Of a stretch of DNA of 64,000 nucleotides, positions 12,013 through 26,270 are shown piece after piece (the stretch's first letter is position 1; each line of letters opens with the position of its first letter). The stretch comes from Octopus sinensis (lineage: Eukaryota). The position numbers and the translations under genes are program-made. Location of the stretch: NCBI RefSeq assembly GCF_006345805.1, contig NC_043001.1, positions 83,824,001-83,888,000 of the forward strand, read 5' to 3'. Below the pieces are notes generated by a model. It made no database searches and was not told the origin of the DNA. It was given only the letters and a program-made list of their open reading frames with translations.

Positions 12013-13099
12013 AAAATATTAAAATATTGCAGATGAATTTTAACAAAAAAATTTTATGTGGACCTCTAAGGGTCATATGGACGCCGGTTGAGAACTACTG
12101 AACTATATCAAGTATACCTCTGATTGGCCCTTGTACTGAAATGGGATGAATATTTCGGACATTGGCTCAAGGCCAAAATTTAATAGGATGGAGTTAGATT
12201 CATAGTTTTGTTTGTTCTTTTGTTTCGATGTTTTCTTTGCGAACGCCATAAATCCAACGGGTCCTTATTGGGGGTCTTTTTTCCAGTTCCTATGCCCCTA
12301 GATCTTATGTCCTGCAGGCGTACTTCGTTCGGTAACTGACGGGTTCACCCTACGGGTTGTTGTCGGTGACCTCAGTATATCGACTCTAGATGCTTATTTT
12401 ATTTATCTGTGAGTGTGTGTGTGTCTTTCTGCGTGTTTATATTTACGATGACAACACTTCAAAACCTGTGCTCCGTTGTTTGTGTCTAGCAACTTAACTG
12501 CTCAACCAAGAGAAAACGATAAGCCAAGCATCAGACTTTTTTCTTCTTTTTTAAAAATAAAAACATGTACGAGATGTCGGTCGGTATGAACGCGGCCCAA
12601 CAATTAAAATGACTAAAACATGTTGAAATATTTAAAAATGAGATGACCCCCGGATGCAGGAAGACAATAAGGCATCCGAAGAAAATATGAACTCAGAACG
12701 TAATAATGTGTAAAAGTCAGAAAACTAATATATACCATTCCACAAAACATTATTGCTCAACGATTTATCGATTCTGTTAAGTCATACGACTTTTAAATGT
12801 TAAAGCTGACTCACATATACAAAATCCATAGATGAAAGTTATAATACAACCACCAGCAAAATTTGAACGCATAAAAAACACATTTATTGAAATGATGTAA
12901 TAGAAAGAAAGAATAAAATGTAAAGATAAGTAAACCCAGAATGGAACCAACTTACCGTTTTTAAACAAAGATTTCCCCATTTTGGTACGGTAAATGAATC
13001 CTTTGGTAAATAAATTCTTCGGTATATAAACTTAGAATTACTGGTTCTTGTTCGTCTTCTTGTTGCTCGTTTTAGTGTTGTCGACACGCTGGTTATTTT

Positions 13100-13620
13100 G
13101 TTTATGTACTTCTACATACTGTCGTAGTTATGTTCGTAAAAGTGATAATAGTAGTTGTAGTAGTAGTAGTATCAGTACCGCTGTGGTTGCGGTGGTAGTG
13201 GTGATAGTAGTAGTAGTAGTAGTAGTAGTTGTGGTAGTAGAAGCAGCGGCAGTAACAGCAGAGGAAGCGATAGTAATAATAAAACTAGCAGCAGTAGATG
13301 TAGTACCAGCTGCAGTAGTAGTAGTAGTAGTAGTAGCCGGTGTAGTTGTAAATTAGCTGTAGTAGTGGTAGTGGTGGTGGTAGAAATATCAACTGTAGTG
13401 ATAGTACTTATTAATATTAATTGTCGTCATTATAGTACAATACTAGTTACAGCAATAGGAGTAAAAGTAGGAGTGGTGGTGGTAGAGAAGGTGAAAAAAT
13501 ATCAGCTGTAGTAGTATTAAAACTACTACTAGTAGTAGTAGGAAGGACGATGCATGTTACAGGTGGTCGTGCTAAGAAGACAGGAGTGTGCGATTGTTAT
13601 GTAGTAGTAGTAGTAGTCAC
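13100..13620. repeat. Degenerate (GTA)n/(GTG)n trinucleotide tract
   Basis: Direct inspection. Confidence 0.9.
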
Positions 13621-14021
13621 GGTAATGTTGTTACTGTTTATTATAACTGTAAATCAAGGCGCTGCAGCCGTGACTATACCGTCTATTTCCAATGTGTAAG
13701 GAAAATCAGTGTCACATTAAGACAGTTAAGATGTTAAATAAGGGAAGATTTGGTTGTTGTTTTTAGCAGGATGTGAAATCACATGCAGGGTCCGACCTCA
13801 TTTTTATTGGTGACTGATCCATAGCAGAAGAAATAATCGAATGCTGATCGATTCCTTATTCGAACATATGTACATGCATAAACTAACTTAAATACCTGTA
13901 CGCATAAAAACGTCATACATGTACATTCATACGTAAAACAACACATACATACATACATACATACATACATACATACATACATACATACATACGCATTCCT
14001 ATATTCCTGTACACGCAAATA

Positions 14022-14055
<34 letters not shown>

Positions 14056-14064
14056 CACACACAC

Positions 14065-14098
<34 letters not shown>

Positions 14099-14190
14099 AT
14101 ATGTACACACACACGATTATTCTTTTATTCTTTTATTTGTTTCAGTCATTTGACTGAGGCCATGCGGGAACACACCGCCTTTAATATATA

Positions 14191-15451
14191 CAAGGGTGGA
14201 CAAAATAATGGAAACACCTTAAAATTTCAAACAAATATGGGGTAGGACCACCTTTAGCAGTAATTACAGCTTAAATTCTACGTGGTATGGACTCGTACAA
14301 AGGTTGAATTGTTTCCAAAGGAATTTTTGTCCATTCTTCAGCTAAAACACTTTCCAGTTCTTGTAGGGATGATGGTGGAGGATATCGACTTTTTACTTGT
14401 TTTTCTAAAATGCACCATAAATATTCAATAATATTGAGATCTGGGGACTGTGATGGCCAGATAAGATGTTCAACTTCACTAGAATGTTCCTCGTGCCATT
14501 CAGTAACAGTTTTAGCTGTGTGATTTGGTGCATTATCATCCTGAAAGATTGCGTTTTACCCCAGAAACAGTTCCGCAACCATAGGATGAATTTGATCAGA
14601 TAAAATGCTTAAATAGTCTTGACTATCAATTCTTCCATGAAGGGAAACCATTGGGTTGGCGGATTTCCAAGATATACCCCCCAGATCATCACAAATCCTC
14701 CTATACATTTAACAGTTGGAAGAAGGCAGTTTGGGTCAAATGCTTCTTTTGGCTGTCTCCATACGTATACTCGGCTGGTGGTCGGAAATAAGGTAAAGGA
14801 TGACTCGTCTGAGAAAATAAAATTCTTCCACTGCTCTAGAGACCAATTCTGTAGGCTTTTACTACACTCTAAACGCTTTGCAACGTTTGTTTTTGAAAGT
14901 AATGGTTTTCTGGTTGCAGCCCTCCTGTGAAATCCGGCTTTGTGCAGCTCCCGGTGAACAGTTTTTGTGGAAATTGGGTTCCCGAGGTGGTCATAAAGCT
15001 CTGCAGTAATTTTGGAAACTGTACTTTTGTGATCCTTTCTAACAAAACGCGTAAGAGTCCGGCGGTCCCTATCTGAAAGTTTTGGTTTTCACCAGAGTTT
15101 TGTTCCCACGAGGAGGTTTTTCCCTCTTTATCAAAGGCTGTCATTATTTTCGAGACAATACTTCTTGATACACCAAACATTTCGACTGTTTTCGTTACGC
15201 TAGCGCCTGCCATACAAGACCCAACAATTTGACCTCTTTGAAAGTCCGATAGCTCTGTCATTTTAATGAATTTTAATTACTTTTTTCTGTTGATATCTGA
15301 AAAGAAACAGCAATTTTAGCAAAACGTATGAAGCAACACTAATAGTAAAAAAAAAAAAACATAAAAATAAACAAGCTTTTGACGGTTTTATAGATATTTC
15401 AAAATTATGATGTTATGATGCTAGGTGTTTCCATTATTTTGTCCAGCCTTG
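14191..15451 (-). mobile_element. Tc1-like DNA transposon, full length but frameshifted, DD36E spacing
   Basis: 29-bp TIRs caagg(g/c)tggacaaaataatggaaacacct; TA target; ORF starts MTELSDFQRGQIVG; FSDES and QDDNAP..WPSQSPDLNIIE motifs. Confidence 0.9.
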
Positions 15452-15461
15452 CATATATATA

Positions 15462-15576
<115 letters not shown>

Positions 15577-15577
15577 T

Positions 15578-15922
15578 GTGGACGCACAATGGCCCAGTGG
15601 TTAGGGCAGCGGACTCGCGGTTTCGATTCTCAGACCGGGCGTAGTGAGTGTCTATTGAGCGACAACACCGAAAGCTCCACGAGGCTCCGGCAGGCGTTGG
15701 TGGTGGACCCTGCTGTACGCTTTCGCCATAACTTTCTCTCACTCTTTCTTCCTGTTTCTGTTGTACCTGTATTTCAAAGGGCCAGTCTTGTCACGCATTG
15801 TGTCATGCTGAATCTCTCCGAGAACTGCGTTAAGGGTACACGTGACTGTGGAATGCTCAGCCACTTATACGTTAATTTCACGAGCAGGCTGTTCCTCGTC
15901 GTCGTAACCGACGGAGTGCCAC
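15578..15922 (+). mobile_element. SINE, head D plus tail 2
   Basis: tRNA-like head tggcccagtggttagg..tttcgattc; homologous to 59380-59690. Confidence 0.85.
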
Positions 15923-15995
15923 GATATAATCACACACACACACAACACACACACACACACACACACACACATTTATGCAAAGTTTAGAAAGTTTA

Positions 15996-16277
15996 TAGGC
16001 GTAGGAGTGGCTGTGTGGTAAGTAGCTTGCTTACCAACTACATGGTACCGGGTTCAGTCCCACTGCGTGGCACCTTAGGCAAGTGTATTCTAATATAGCA
16101 TCGGGCCGACCAAAGCCTTGTGAGTGGACTTGGGGGACGGAAACTGAAAGCGACCGATAGAATAAGTACAAGGCTTACAAAGAATAAGTCGTGGGGTCGA
16201 TTTTCTCGACTAAAGGTGGTACTCGAGAGCATGGCCACAGTCAGATGACTGAAAAGAGTAAAAAGAGTAAAAGAGTA
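15996..16277 (+). mobile_element. SINE family A with internal deletion
   Basis: Jumps from gaaactgaaag to cgaccgatag with aaag microhomology. Confidence 0.85.
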
Positions 16278-16520
16278 ACGGAATTTAAAGGTTGAGAGTT
16301 TCGTACATGGAAATTTTGTTTGGTGAGTGCTATGTATGCTACCGATTCCAACATTAAAAAAAAAAAGGTTTTATAATGGCGCATTGAGATATATTTGTCT
16401 TGTTTGATCTTCCAATCCAACCCTATATATATGGAATTGTCAAAGACATGCTGTGAAGTCTTGCATGCATTCATTTCAGCACTTCTTATCAGTTGCTGCA
16501 TTGTTTCTTTACAGGTAAAG

Positions 16521-16990
16521 TTATGTATGTATGTATGTATGTATGTATGTATGTATGTATGTATGCATGTATGCATGCATGCATGCATGCATGTATGTAT
16601 GTATGTATGTATGTATGTATGCATGCATGTATGTATGTGTGCATACATGCATGCATGCATGCATGCATGTATGTATGTATGTATGTATGTATGTATGTAT
16701 GTATTATGTATGCATGCATGCATGTATGTATGTATGTATGCATGCATGTATGTATGTATGTATGCATGCATGTATGTATGTATGCATGCATGTATGTATG
16801 TATGCATGCATGCATGCATGTATGTATGCATGCATGCATGTATGTATGAATGTATGTATGTATGTATGTATGTACGTATGTATGTATGCATGCATGTATG
16901 TATGTATGAATGTATGTATGTATGTATGTATGTATGCATATACATATATTGATATATATGTATATAAATGATTTATAGTATATATATATA
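16521..16990. repeat. (TATG)n/(CATG)n compound microsatellite
   Basis: Direct inspection. Confidence 0.95.
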
Positions 16991-16997
16991 TACATAT

Positions 16998-17207
16998 ACA
17001 GTTAATCCAAACATGAAAACACAAAGAGGAAATACAACAACGCGAGGAGGTGGAATAAGTATAGTGTTATTGGACGCTCAGGAAAGGAAAGAAATAAGGA
17101 GGATTTAACGTTTCGAGCGGAGCTCTTCGTCAGAAACAGAAAAAAGAAAGATCCAAGGAAGGGAAGACGGAGGAAAAAAATCGCCTACGATACACACGCG
17201 CTCACAT

Positions 17208-17212
<5 letters not shown>
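16998..17212 (-). mobile_element. Penelope-like pseudo-LTR family 2
   Basis: Flanked by (TA)n; homologous to 4597-4795. Confidence 0.75.
17103..17137 (-). ncRNA. Minimal hammerhead ribozyme with intact core
   Basis: GUUU-CUGACGA-A-GAGC ucc GCUC-GAAA-CG-UU-AAAU. Confidence 0.65.
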
Positions 17213-17255
<43 letters not shown>

Positions 17256-17431
17256 ATATATATATATGCATAGTTATATATATGCACACACACATATATA
17301 TGCATATGTATAATGTGCATGTGTATATTTGTATATATATATATATATATATTTTGTTTGTTTGTTTTTTGTATTTTTGTTTTTTTTTGTTTCAGCTCGG
17401 AGCTGCGGCCATGCTAATGCACCGCCGTATA

Positions 17432-17480
<49 letters not shown>

Positions 17481-17691
17481 CAAGTGATGAAAAACGGTTA
17501 GCTCTTATTATTTTTACTCTAATCACCATATGTTCCAGTTTTAAACAGAGAATGAATGAGGGTCGAATAGGAATATTATACTATAGTCAGGAGGAAAGAC
17601 AGACAAGTGGATATAGTAGAGTAGATGTATATTAGTCAGAATGATGAGTGTATAGTAGTCGAGAAAGGTTAGTGGGTATAGAGACAGATAT

Positions 17692-18690
17692 GTTTCTTTA
17701 TTAGCCACACAGGGCTGAACACAGACGGGACAAATTACAAAGTAGAGCTTTTCTTTTTGGGGAGAAAAAAATGTGGGGTAGGTTTTCGATCAAAAGGGAT
17801 CGTAAAAAAGAAAAAAATTAACGATCAATAGGGATCGTGTGACACAGAAATGTCATGGTGTTAAGTGTAAAGGGGGAAGCAGATAAGGTTTATCCGAGGA
17901 AAGAAAAGCCTACGGAAAAGCCCACGGTAATCTCGGTCAATAAGGTCACATGTTAACATATTTATTTGCAAGTAACTCTCTGTTTTAAATTTTTCCGGGT
18001 TCATAGGATTATGCTCAAAGTGGCTTCGTCATTCATACGTGCCATCCTTGTTACATTCACCCATCTTTTTTTGAAACATTCGCTAAACAAAACTTGCCTC
18101 TCTACTCTGACTTTCCTTTTCAAGTGATACTTGAAGAAGTTGACGAGAGATTGACCAGAGAGGAAAGTGTTTGTCTCCAATCCTTTCAGACGCGTCCACC
18201 AGATACATTCTTTCGCCATAGCCACAATGATGATGAAAATAGCTTTTCCTTCCCATTTGAAGGAAGGAGGCGTGCCGATATTAACAATAGACTCGGCTGA
18301 TAAACCGACTCGCTCCACACCTGACAGCAGTCGTTCGACATAAGCCCACAGGTCGGAAATAGTTGGACACTGCACGAGTGCGTGCAGAATGGTTTCGTCG
18401 CTCTGACCGCATCTCGGGCAGGTCGGCCCCGCGTTTCTCGAGCCATGCCTATAGAGCTTATCCCGAACGAGTAGCGTTTCTCGGTAGCACTGCCAGGCCA
18501 GGGATTTCTGGGAGTTGTCCATAGGTCCTGACCTGAAAGTCATCCTGAACAGGTGGGTCAGGTATTCCTCGTCGACGCCCAGGTTCGCCCCGAGCTCTTC
18601 GTCGTACCTCCCCTCCACTAATCCCCAATAGAGTGCTTTGGTTGTGTTGAAGTCGCTCAAGGTCGACCCGGGACGGCATAGTTGCTTGAG
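17692..18690 (-). mobile_element. Tx1/L1-type LINE, 5' truncated, with open ORF2 C-terminus (18001-18660) and 3' UTR
   Basis: CCHC finger CPRCGQSDETILHALVQC and AKECIWWTR motif; 219-aa open frame; 3' end ...gtggctaataaagaaa. Confidence 0.85.
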
Positions 18691-19457
18691 AGCGAAGATC
18701 AGCAGACGTCAGATGATGTCAAATGTCCACCATGGCTGGCAAGATTTAGCGAAAATGGGAGGGCGTGGGGTGTAGTGATAGTAATAAAGTGGTTGTAGAA
18801 GATAATGAATATCTCAAGCTAAAGGAAACCTGATAATAGTGGAAGTGAGGGGAGATTTAGGACTCTCATGGTTATAGTAGTGCTAGAAATAGATACCCAT
18901 AATATTAAATAAAAAATATGAAATTTAAAATTTAATAATTTATGGTGTTAATGAGGGGTGTATGCTCATTGGGAAACGAGGGTTTACAATAAAAATTTAA
19001 AACGATAAATCAAAAATAAGTCATAGGTAAATATAATAAGAAAATTCATTAGGGTCATATATTTATTAAGTTTAGGTATATTGAAATTATAGGGCCTAGG
19101 AATGAATGAAATACAGCCCCAGGGCCGGATTAAGATCCATCGAAGCCCTAAGCAGTGAAAAGATTTTGGTGCCCCCATAAAAGATTGTGCAATTCAAAGT
19201 ATAAACAATAACAAACCATAAAATAATTTTCTATTTTTCAAAATGAAACAAAACAGTAAGAGGGAAAATAATGTTTATTTTTGTATATTTCCACTTTATA
19301 TTTGAAAAGTTTCCTCAGATCATCAAAATTAATCTTAGATAACACATCTGCATCCCGAATATTATTTTACGAAATTTAAAGTGATTTCTTTTGTGCCGTA
19401 AATCATTTACCATTTCTTTAGTGTCCCCCCTTCTCTTGATACACACACACATATATG

Positions 19458-20160
19458 TACAGAGGGTGCGATGGGAAAATTGTCGCCATTTTATATTTTT
19501 AATTTCACGCATGCGCATTGTTTCTAATTTTGTCGACAGTAGTGTCAGTTGGGTACCGTATGTGAGAAAAACAGTATTATGACGCAATTCATTCTGCCAG
19601 AAATTTGGAAACAACATGCTATACTGCTTGGCATATGCGCCGGAAACTCCAACACGAGCAGATGGTGAACACACAGAACAACCGTTGGCTTGCCATGTCT
19701 CCTAAACATGTACCGAGTGTGATAAAAATCAAACATCCGGTCGACATCATGGTGTTTGGAACGATCTCTAGTGATGGCTACGTTACGCCGCCATACATCA
19801 AGTGCCTGGAGGAGGTAGTGCTACTCTGAGTTAAGAGGATGGCTGCTAGAAAACACTGTCTGGCAACAGGACTCTGCACCATGCCACACAAGCAGAAGAA
19901 CCCAGTCATGACTGTCAGACAATTTCTGCGATCACATCACCCCTAACATCTGGCAACCTAATTTCCCAGACTGCAACCCCCTTTATTATGTGTGGGGCGC
20001 AGTTAAGCGAGAGACCAACAAAACTAAAAGATGAACTGCAGGCAAGGTTACGACAGTATTCACTAACATAAATAAGGAGACCGTCCAGAAGAGTTTCAGG
20101 AGATTACAAAGTCGTCTGGAGGCCGTGGTTGAAGCCAATGGCGATTTTATTGAACTTACT
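19458..20160 (+). mobile_element. Decayed maT/DD37D-like Tc1/mariner
   Basis: VMVFGTISSDG-like motif, WQQDSAPCHTSRRTQ..IWQPNFPDCNPLYYVWG; contains stops. Confidence 0.75.
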
Positions 20161-20168
20161 TTTTAGTA

Positions 20169-20588
20169 CAGTGATCCCTCTTTTACCGCGGTAGATTGGT
20201 TCCGAGACCGGCCGCGATAACTGAATTTCTGCGAAGTAGGGACACCATATTTACAGTATTTATTTAACATGTATTTGGACTTTTAAAATCCTCCCTGTAC
20301 TGTCAACAACCCACCCATTACAGTAGTCTATTAATAACAAGGACAACTGTTAAGCAATAACACTTTAGATTTTAAAAAATAGAGATTGTTACTGTTACAC
20401 AGGCCAGATTACAAAATAGAAAGCTGTGATTCGTCGTCTCTCTCCATTGCATCAATCACAACCCGTCTTAAGTTCAAATACCCCTGTATCTACTTTTTTT
20501 TTGCTATTTTACGCTTGTTTTGTTGTTCCTAGACTAGGAAATAATATTTATTATTAATATTTTAATGGATGTAATGAAAGATTTTAGG

Positions 20589-20622
<34 letters not shown>

Positions 20623-20680
20623 AAATCCGCAAAGTCGTGAATCCGCGATAGTTGAACCGCGAAGTAGCTAGGGATCACTG
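20169..20680. mobile_element. Tigger/pogo-like MITE nested at the 3' end of the maT relic
   Basis: TIR cagtgatccct/agggatcactg; TA TSD. Confidence 0.85.
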
Positions 20681-21326
20681 TATTTCATGACATGTTAATG
20701 TAACTTTGATAAATATATATTAAAATGGGATGTCAGTGTTATTTTCATTTTTGCGTAATTTAGACTTCCGTACAGTTTCTGTCTTCCAAATTCACACACA
20801 ATACGTTAGTCGGCCCGAGGTTATAGCTGAAGCCACTTGCTCAAAGTGCGAAGCGAACTGCTTAAGTCATGCCTGCAGAAAGGTATTTTTAAAAAGACGT
20901 GTTTCAGATATAAAAGTAAAACGAAGAATTATTTGGAGGACACAAGCAAGGCTGGCCCTAGGAAGTCAATGAGGCCTTCTACTTTGAAAAAAGTTAAAGA
21001 CTGATGTTTCAGGCTTCATGTTGTACACCAGTCAAAGTCGCAAAGCGACATCATAGCGTCATCCGTTCGAACCCAATTCGAAAAAAAAAAAAAAGCAAAC
21101 ATAAACATGACTAAGAGGCTTGAAACCGGACCTGAATATAAGTTTATAGAGGGAAAGAATAGACAAAATGAACGCACCTCTAGCAATTCTTCAGCTACAG
21201 AACACCAATTTTCCAGTATTCCTCAAAAGTAAGGTTAGGTTAAACGAAAAAATCCATTTGTGACTAGCGGCCATATGTATATCTCTGTGGCCAATGATCA
21301 TATATACGTAGAGATGTGCGCGTGTG

Positions 21327-21329
<3 letters not shown>

Positions 21330-21381
<52 letters not shown>

Positions 21382-21519
21382 TATCTATATTTACACCTTA
21401 TACACACACACATACATACATACATGTTTATATACATATATCAGGAAATATTATATATATATATAAAGTATAGATATATGTTTATATATATATATATATA
21501 TAGAATATTATAATATATA

Positions 21520-21605
<86 letters not shown>

Positions 21606-21848
21606 CATACATATATATATGTATTTATATGTATGCATATATATATATATTATATGCATTTATATATGTATTAATATAAATATATATGCATATATAGATA
21701 TTGGTAAGTATACATGCTTTTGCATTTTTATATATGGAATGGCAGTTCTTTGAGTGTTATGGGTTAACAGGCATAAAAGGAATGTTATATACCATGTAGG
21801 TGTGTATATCAGTATCTATATATAAATATATTTATATCTATATATATG

Positions 21849-21929
<81 letters not shown>

Positions 21930-22514
21930 TATATATACGTATATACATATGTGCATATATTTATGTATCTTATGTAGTGCATACGCACGCAGACACACAT
22001 CCTCTCTCCACCCACACTCTCCCATCTTCTCTCTCTCTTCCGCGCACACGCACACACACACATACACACACACACACACACACACATACACACACACGTA
22101 ATTACAGGTATTTACATAAGATTTATACGTTACTCAATAAAAAACAATTTGAACGATTGTTTAGTAAACTAGGTCGTAGGAGGTAGCGATTGTGGCGAAT
22201 ATAAGAATAAAACAAGGAGTGTGTGAGTCGTGGTATGTGATATAGGGTGTGTACTTTGTCGATGTTACACAACCAAAGACGAAAAGAGCACCTGGTTATC
22301 TCGGGTCAATCATACGGAACGTGTGTAGCCATGAGATTTCATACAATAGCAGGAAAAAGAAACACAGATATATATACATATACATTTACGTACTCACTTC
22401 CATATGTACATATAATATACATAGATATACATATGTATGTATATACTTATATTATACATGTATGTATATGTATGTATGTATGTATATATATATTTTATAT
22501 TATATATATATTAT

Positions 22515-22588
<74 letters not shown>

Positions 22589-22616
22589 CTATATATGTAT
22601 ATGTATATATATGTAT

Positions 22617-22665
<49 letters not shown>

Positions 22666-22782
22666 GTTATATACATGTCTTATATATAACATAGACAATA
22701 TGTAAACAGATATACATGTACACACACACATATATACATATGTTCATACATATTAATATACATACATATATACTTGAATACA

Positions 22783-22836
<54 letters not shown>

Positions 22837-22892
22837 TACGTACGTACAGCACATACACTTATACACATATATAAAATTTATCTATCTATCTA

Positions 22893-22962
<70 letters not shown>

Positions 22963-23610
22963 AGTATGTAAATACACCTACACACTCTTATATGTATGTG
23001 TATGTATATGTTTATGTATGCAGCGAGTTTACATTCCATCTTTTCTTAAAGATAGATAAACAAAGTCAAGGCATAAAACTGGCATCGATTTTTCTTCTTT
23101 TTCTTTTCTTTCTGGAGTCTCTTTCGGTGTCTGTTTATTTCCCTGCTTCTAATTTTGGAAGACATCGGCGTTTTAGAGTCAATGAAGGACGGGTCAGGAG
23201 AATTTCAAATATCTGGGGCACGCAGGATGTCTCGACGCCACCCCTTACAACTTCATCATAAATACATAGATATATAGATAGATACATACATACAAACATA
23301 CACACATACATGCATACATATATACATACATATTTACATGCATAGATACATACATACATGTATGCATGTATACAAATATACATGCATGTATATATATATA
23401 AATGCATACTTACATACATAGATACATATATACATACGTATATACATATATACATACATGCATGCATACATACATATATATACATACATGCATACATACA
23501 TACATACATACGTACACACATACATACATACATGCAAACCTATGAATACATACGTACGTACATACTCTTACACATATAAGATCTCTCTCTCTCTCTTTCT
23601 CTCTCTCTGT
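21330..23610. repeat. Large compound TA/CA/TATC/CATA microsatellite block
   Basis: Direct inspection. Confidence 0.9.
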
Positions 23611-23619
23611 ATATATATA

Positions 23620-23934
23620 TATATATACTGTTGTGTCTGGGGAGAGTCATTTTCTTTTTGTGCCTTATAATGTAACACACTCACCGGTAAAATTTCCACT
23701 TATTTCTTATTTTTATTTTTTTCCTATAAGGGACCGGAGTCCCGATCAGGGCAGATTTTGTGATCTCTGTTATTTTATGCTCAACGGGGAAAAAAAAAGA
23801 AATAAGTGGAAATTTTACCGGTGAGTGTGTTACATTATAAGGCACAAAAAGAAAATGACTCTCCCCAGACACAACAGAATATGCTTCAACATACGAACTC
23901 ATATAAAGAATCTTGCAAACCAAATCCAAAAACG

Positions 23935-23940
<6 letters not shown>
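23620..23940. mobile_element. Fold-back repeat in (TA)n (PLE-like architecture)
   Basis: About 80-bp perfect inverted arms (about 23628-23709 and 23798-23878); right arm homologous to 63570-63722. Confidence 0.7.
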
Positions 23941-23989
<49 letters not shown>

Positions 23990-24169
23990 TAAAATGAGGG
24001 TGAAAAATTGGATATTAATTTTATAAAATCAATTTTAACACCAGTGGTCTAGCATATATAAAAACTGGAATTTTATCAGTATTTGGAAACCCTTATGCTA
24101 GAAGAAGATCCGCTATGGTCTTAACCACTAAGAATTGTTCTCTATAAAATTTAGCAAACACCAGAAACG

Positions 24170-24211
<42 letters not shown>

Positions 24212-25077
24212 GAAAATTCATTGAGGCTTCTCTTTCGGCTTTTTAGGTTCTAAGTTCATTTCCTGCCGAGGTCAACTTTACCTTTCATTCCTTTGGGGTT
24301 GATAAACTAAAGTACCAGTAAAATACTGGAGTCGATGAAACCGATTTACCCCTCCAACCCAAATTGCATGCCTTGATTCCTATAACAGACCGGAGTCCCG
24401 ATCAGGGCAAATTTCGTGATCTCTGTTACTTTATACACCACGGAAACCTAGTAACTAGCTTTATGAGTTCTAGAGTCCGAATATCTATATATATACGTAT
24501 AAGAGGGATGACCACTAGGTGGACATCCAGTATGCTAAATGTAGACCACCATATGGTCTGACCACTAAGAAAAAAAACGAAGACATTTGAAATATACTCT
24601 CATGTATAATTGACAGAACTATATACATGTTGTCTCTCTTGTGGACGTCCCGTGTATAGTTCTGCATATTATATATTCTATGACGGTAGCACTGATGATT
24701 TGCAGGCATTTCCGTATGTAAATATATAAATGGTAACAATGAAACCTGGTATGTGACTAATCATTACATTTTGTATCTTTTCATTTGTCTTGTTCGCTTA
24801 CGTTCTGGCATTTGCCGAACTTTCTTGAGAACAATTTTTTTCTTAGTGGTCAGACCATATGTGGTCTTTATTTAGTATATTGGATGTCCACCTAGTAGTC
24901 ATCCCTCTTATATGTATGTAATATATTTTTTCTGAATTTCAGATTTTTTCAATATGCTAGGCCACTGGTTTAAATTGATAGTAATCAAATTAATATCAAT
25001 TTTTTTACCCGTATTATTTAAATTTATATATATATATGTATATATTACATATACAATATATATAATATATATATATA

Positions 25078-25134
<57 letters not shown>

Positions 25135-25324
25135 TATATACATATATATATATGTATATATATATATGTATGTACGTATGTATGTACAGGTATATATATA
25201 TATGTATATATGTGTGTCCGTGTCCACGTGCGCGCGCGTATACACACACACACACGCACACACACATACACACATACACACACACACCATACACGCACAC
25301 ACACACACACATACACACACATAT

Positions 25325-26189
25325 ATGGGCTGTTCCGATAAATGTATATACAGATTGACGGGTTATAAGGACTGTTTATTGACAGGCATTTCCAAAATTT
25401 AATAGAATCTCCAGAGAAAATATAATCTTTTCTTATGAATGCCTTTTTTCAAATTCATAACCATTCCGGCCTAGGTACTGAGAAGCAATACAATCGCAAA
25501 CATCAAGAAACATTTTGTTCGGTATTTGTGCGTATTCTCGTTGAATGGTTGTCTTCAATCCATCGACTGTTGCCAAATTTGTACCGTAGACTTCATCTTT
25601 TAAGTATTCGCATAAAATGTCTATTGGTGTGAGGCACTGTGAATGTAGAAGGTATTCCACTCAATCTGTTCGTTCACTCCATCTGTTTGTCCAAATCTCT
25701 TCTAGATAAGCCTTACATTACTATAATGCTGTGTGTGTGTGATTCTTCTGGCTGGAAATATAATTCTGCATCTTAAAAATACTTTTGAATGCTTGTCATG
25801 GCAGATCGTCGGAGCAAGTTCAGGTAAATGATCTTAGTCAAAATACCGTCAAAAAAGTATGGCCCAATTAATGTTTTTAATCACGAGTCACTCCATATTG
25901 TGATCCCTGGCAAATTCACATGATTTTCTTTCATAATATGTAGATTCACAGCCCCACCCCCAGTTTACTCTTTACTTGTTTCAGTCTTGTGACTGTGGCC
26001 ATGCAGGAGCACCGCCTTTAGTTGAGCAAATCGACCCCAGGACTTATTCTTTGTAAGCCTAGTACTTATTCTATCGGTCCCTTTTGCCGAGCCGCTAAGT
26101 TACGGGGACGTAAACACACCAGCATCGGTTGTCGAGCGATGTTGGGGGGGGGGACATACACACACATACATATATATATATATATACAC

Positions 26190-26270
<81 letters not shown>

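Noticed and set aside
12950-13050. Strong minus-strand donor ACG|GTAAGT after MGKSLFKN
   Set aside because: No convincing acceptor, partner exon or recognisable protein; an isolated 7-mer is expected by chance.
13048-13356. Val/Ala-rich membrane-like ORFs (also 29011-29193 and 49110-49641)
   Set aside because: Translations of GTA, CAA and CAG trinucleotide tracts.
17660-17692. Shared target site between the Tx1 LINE and the SINE B junctions
   Set aside because: The LINE 3' flank (catatctgtctc) resembles tatttcgtc only weakly and is not SINE B; not enough to claim specificity.
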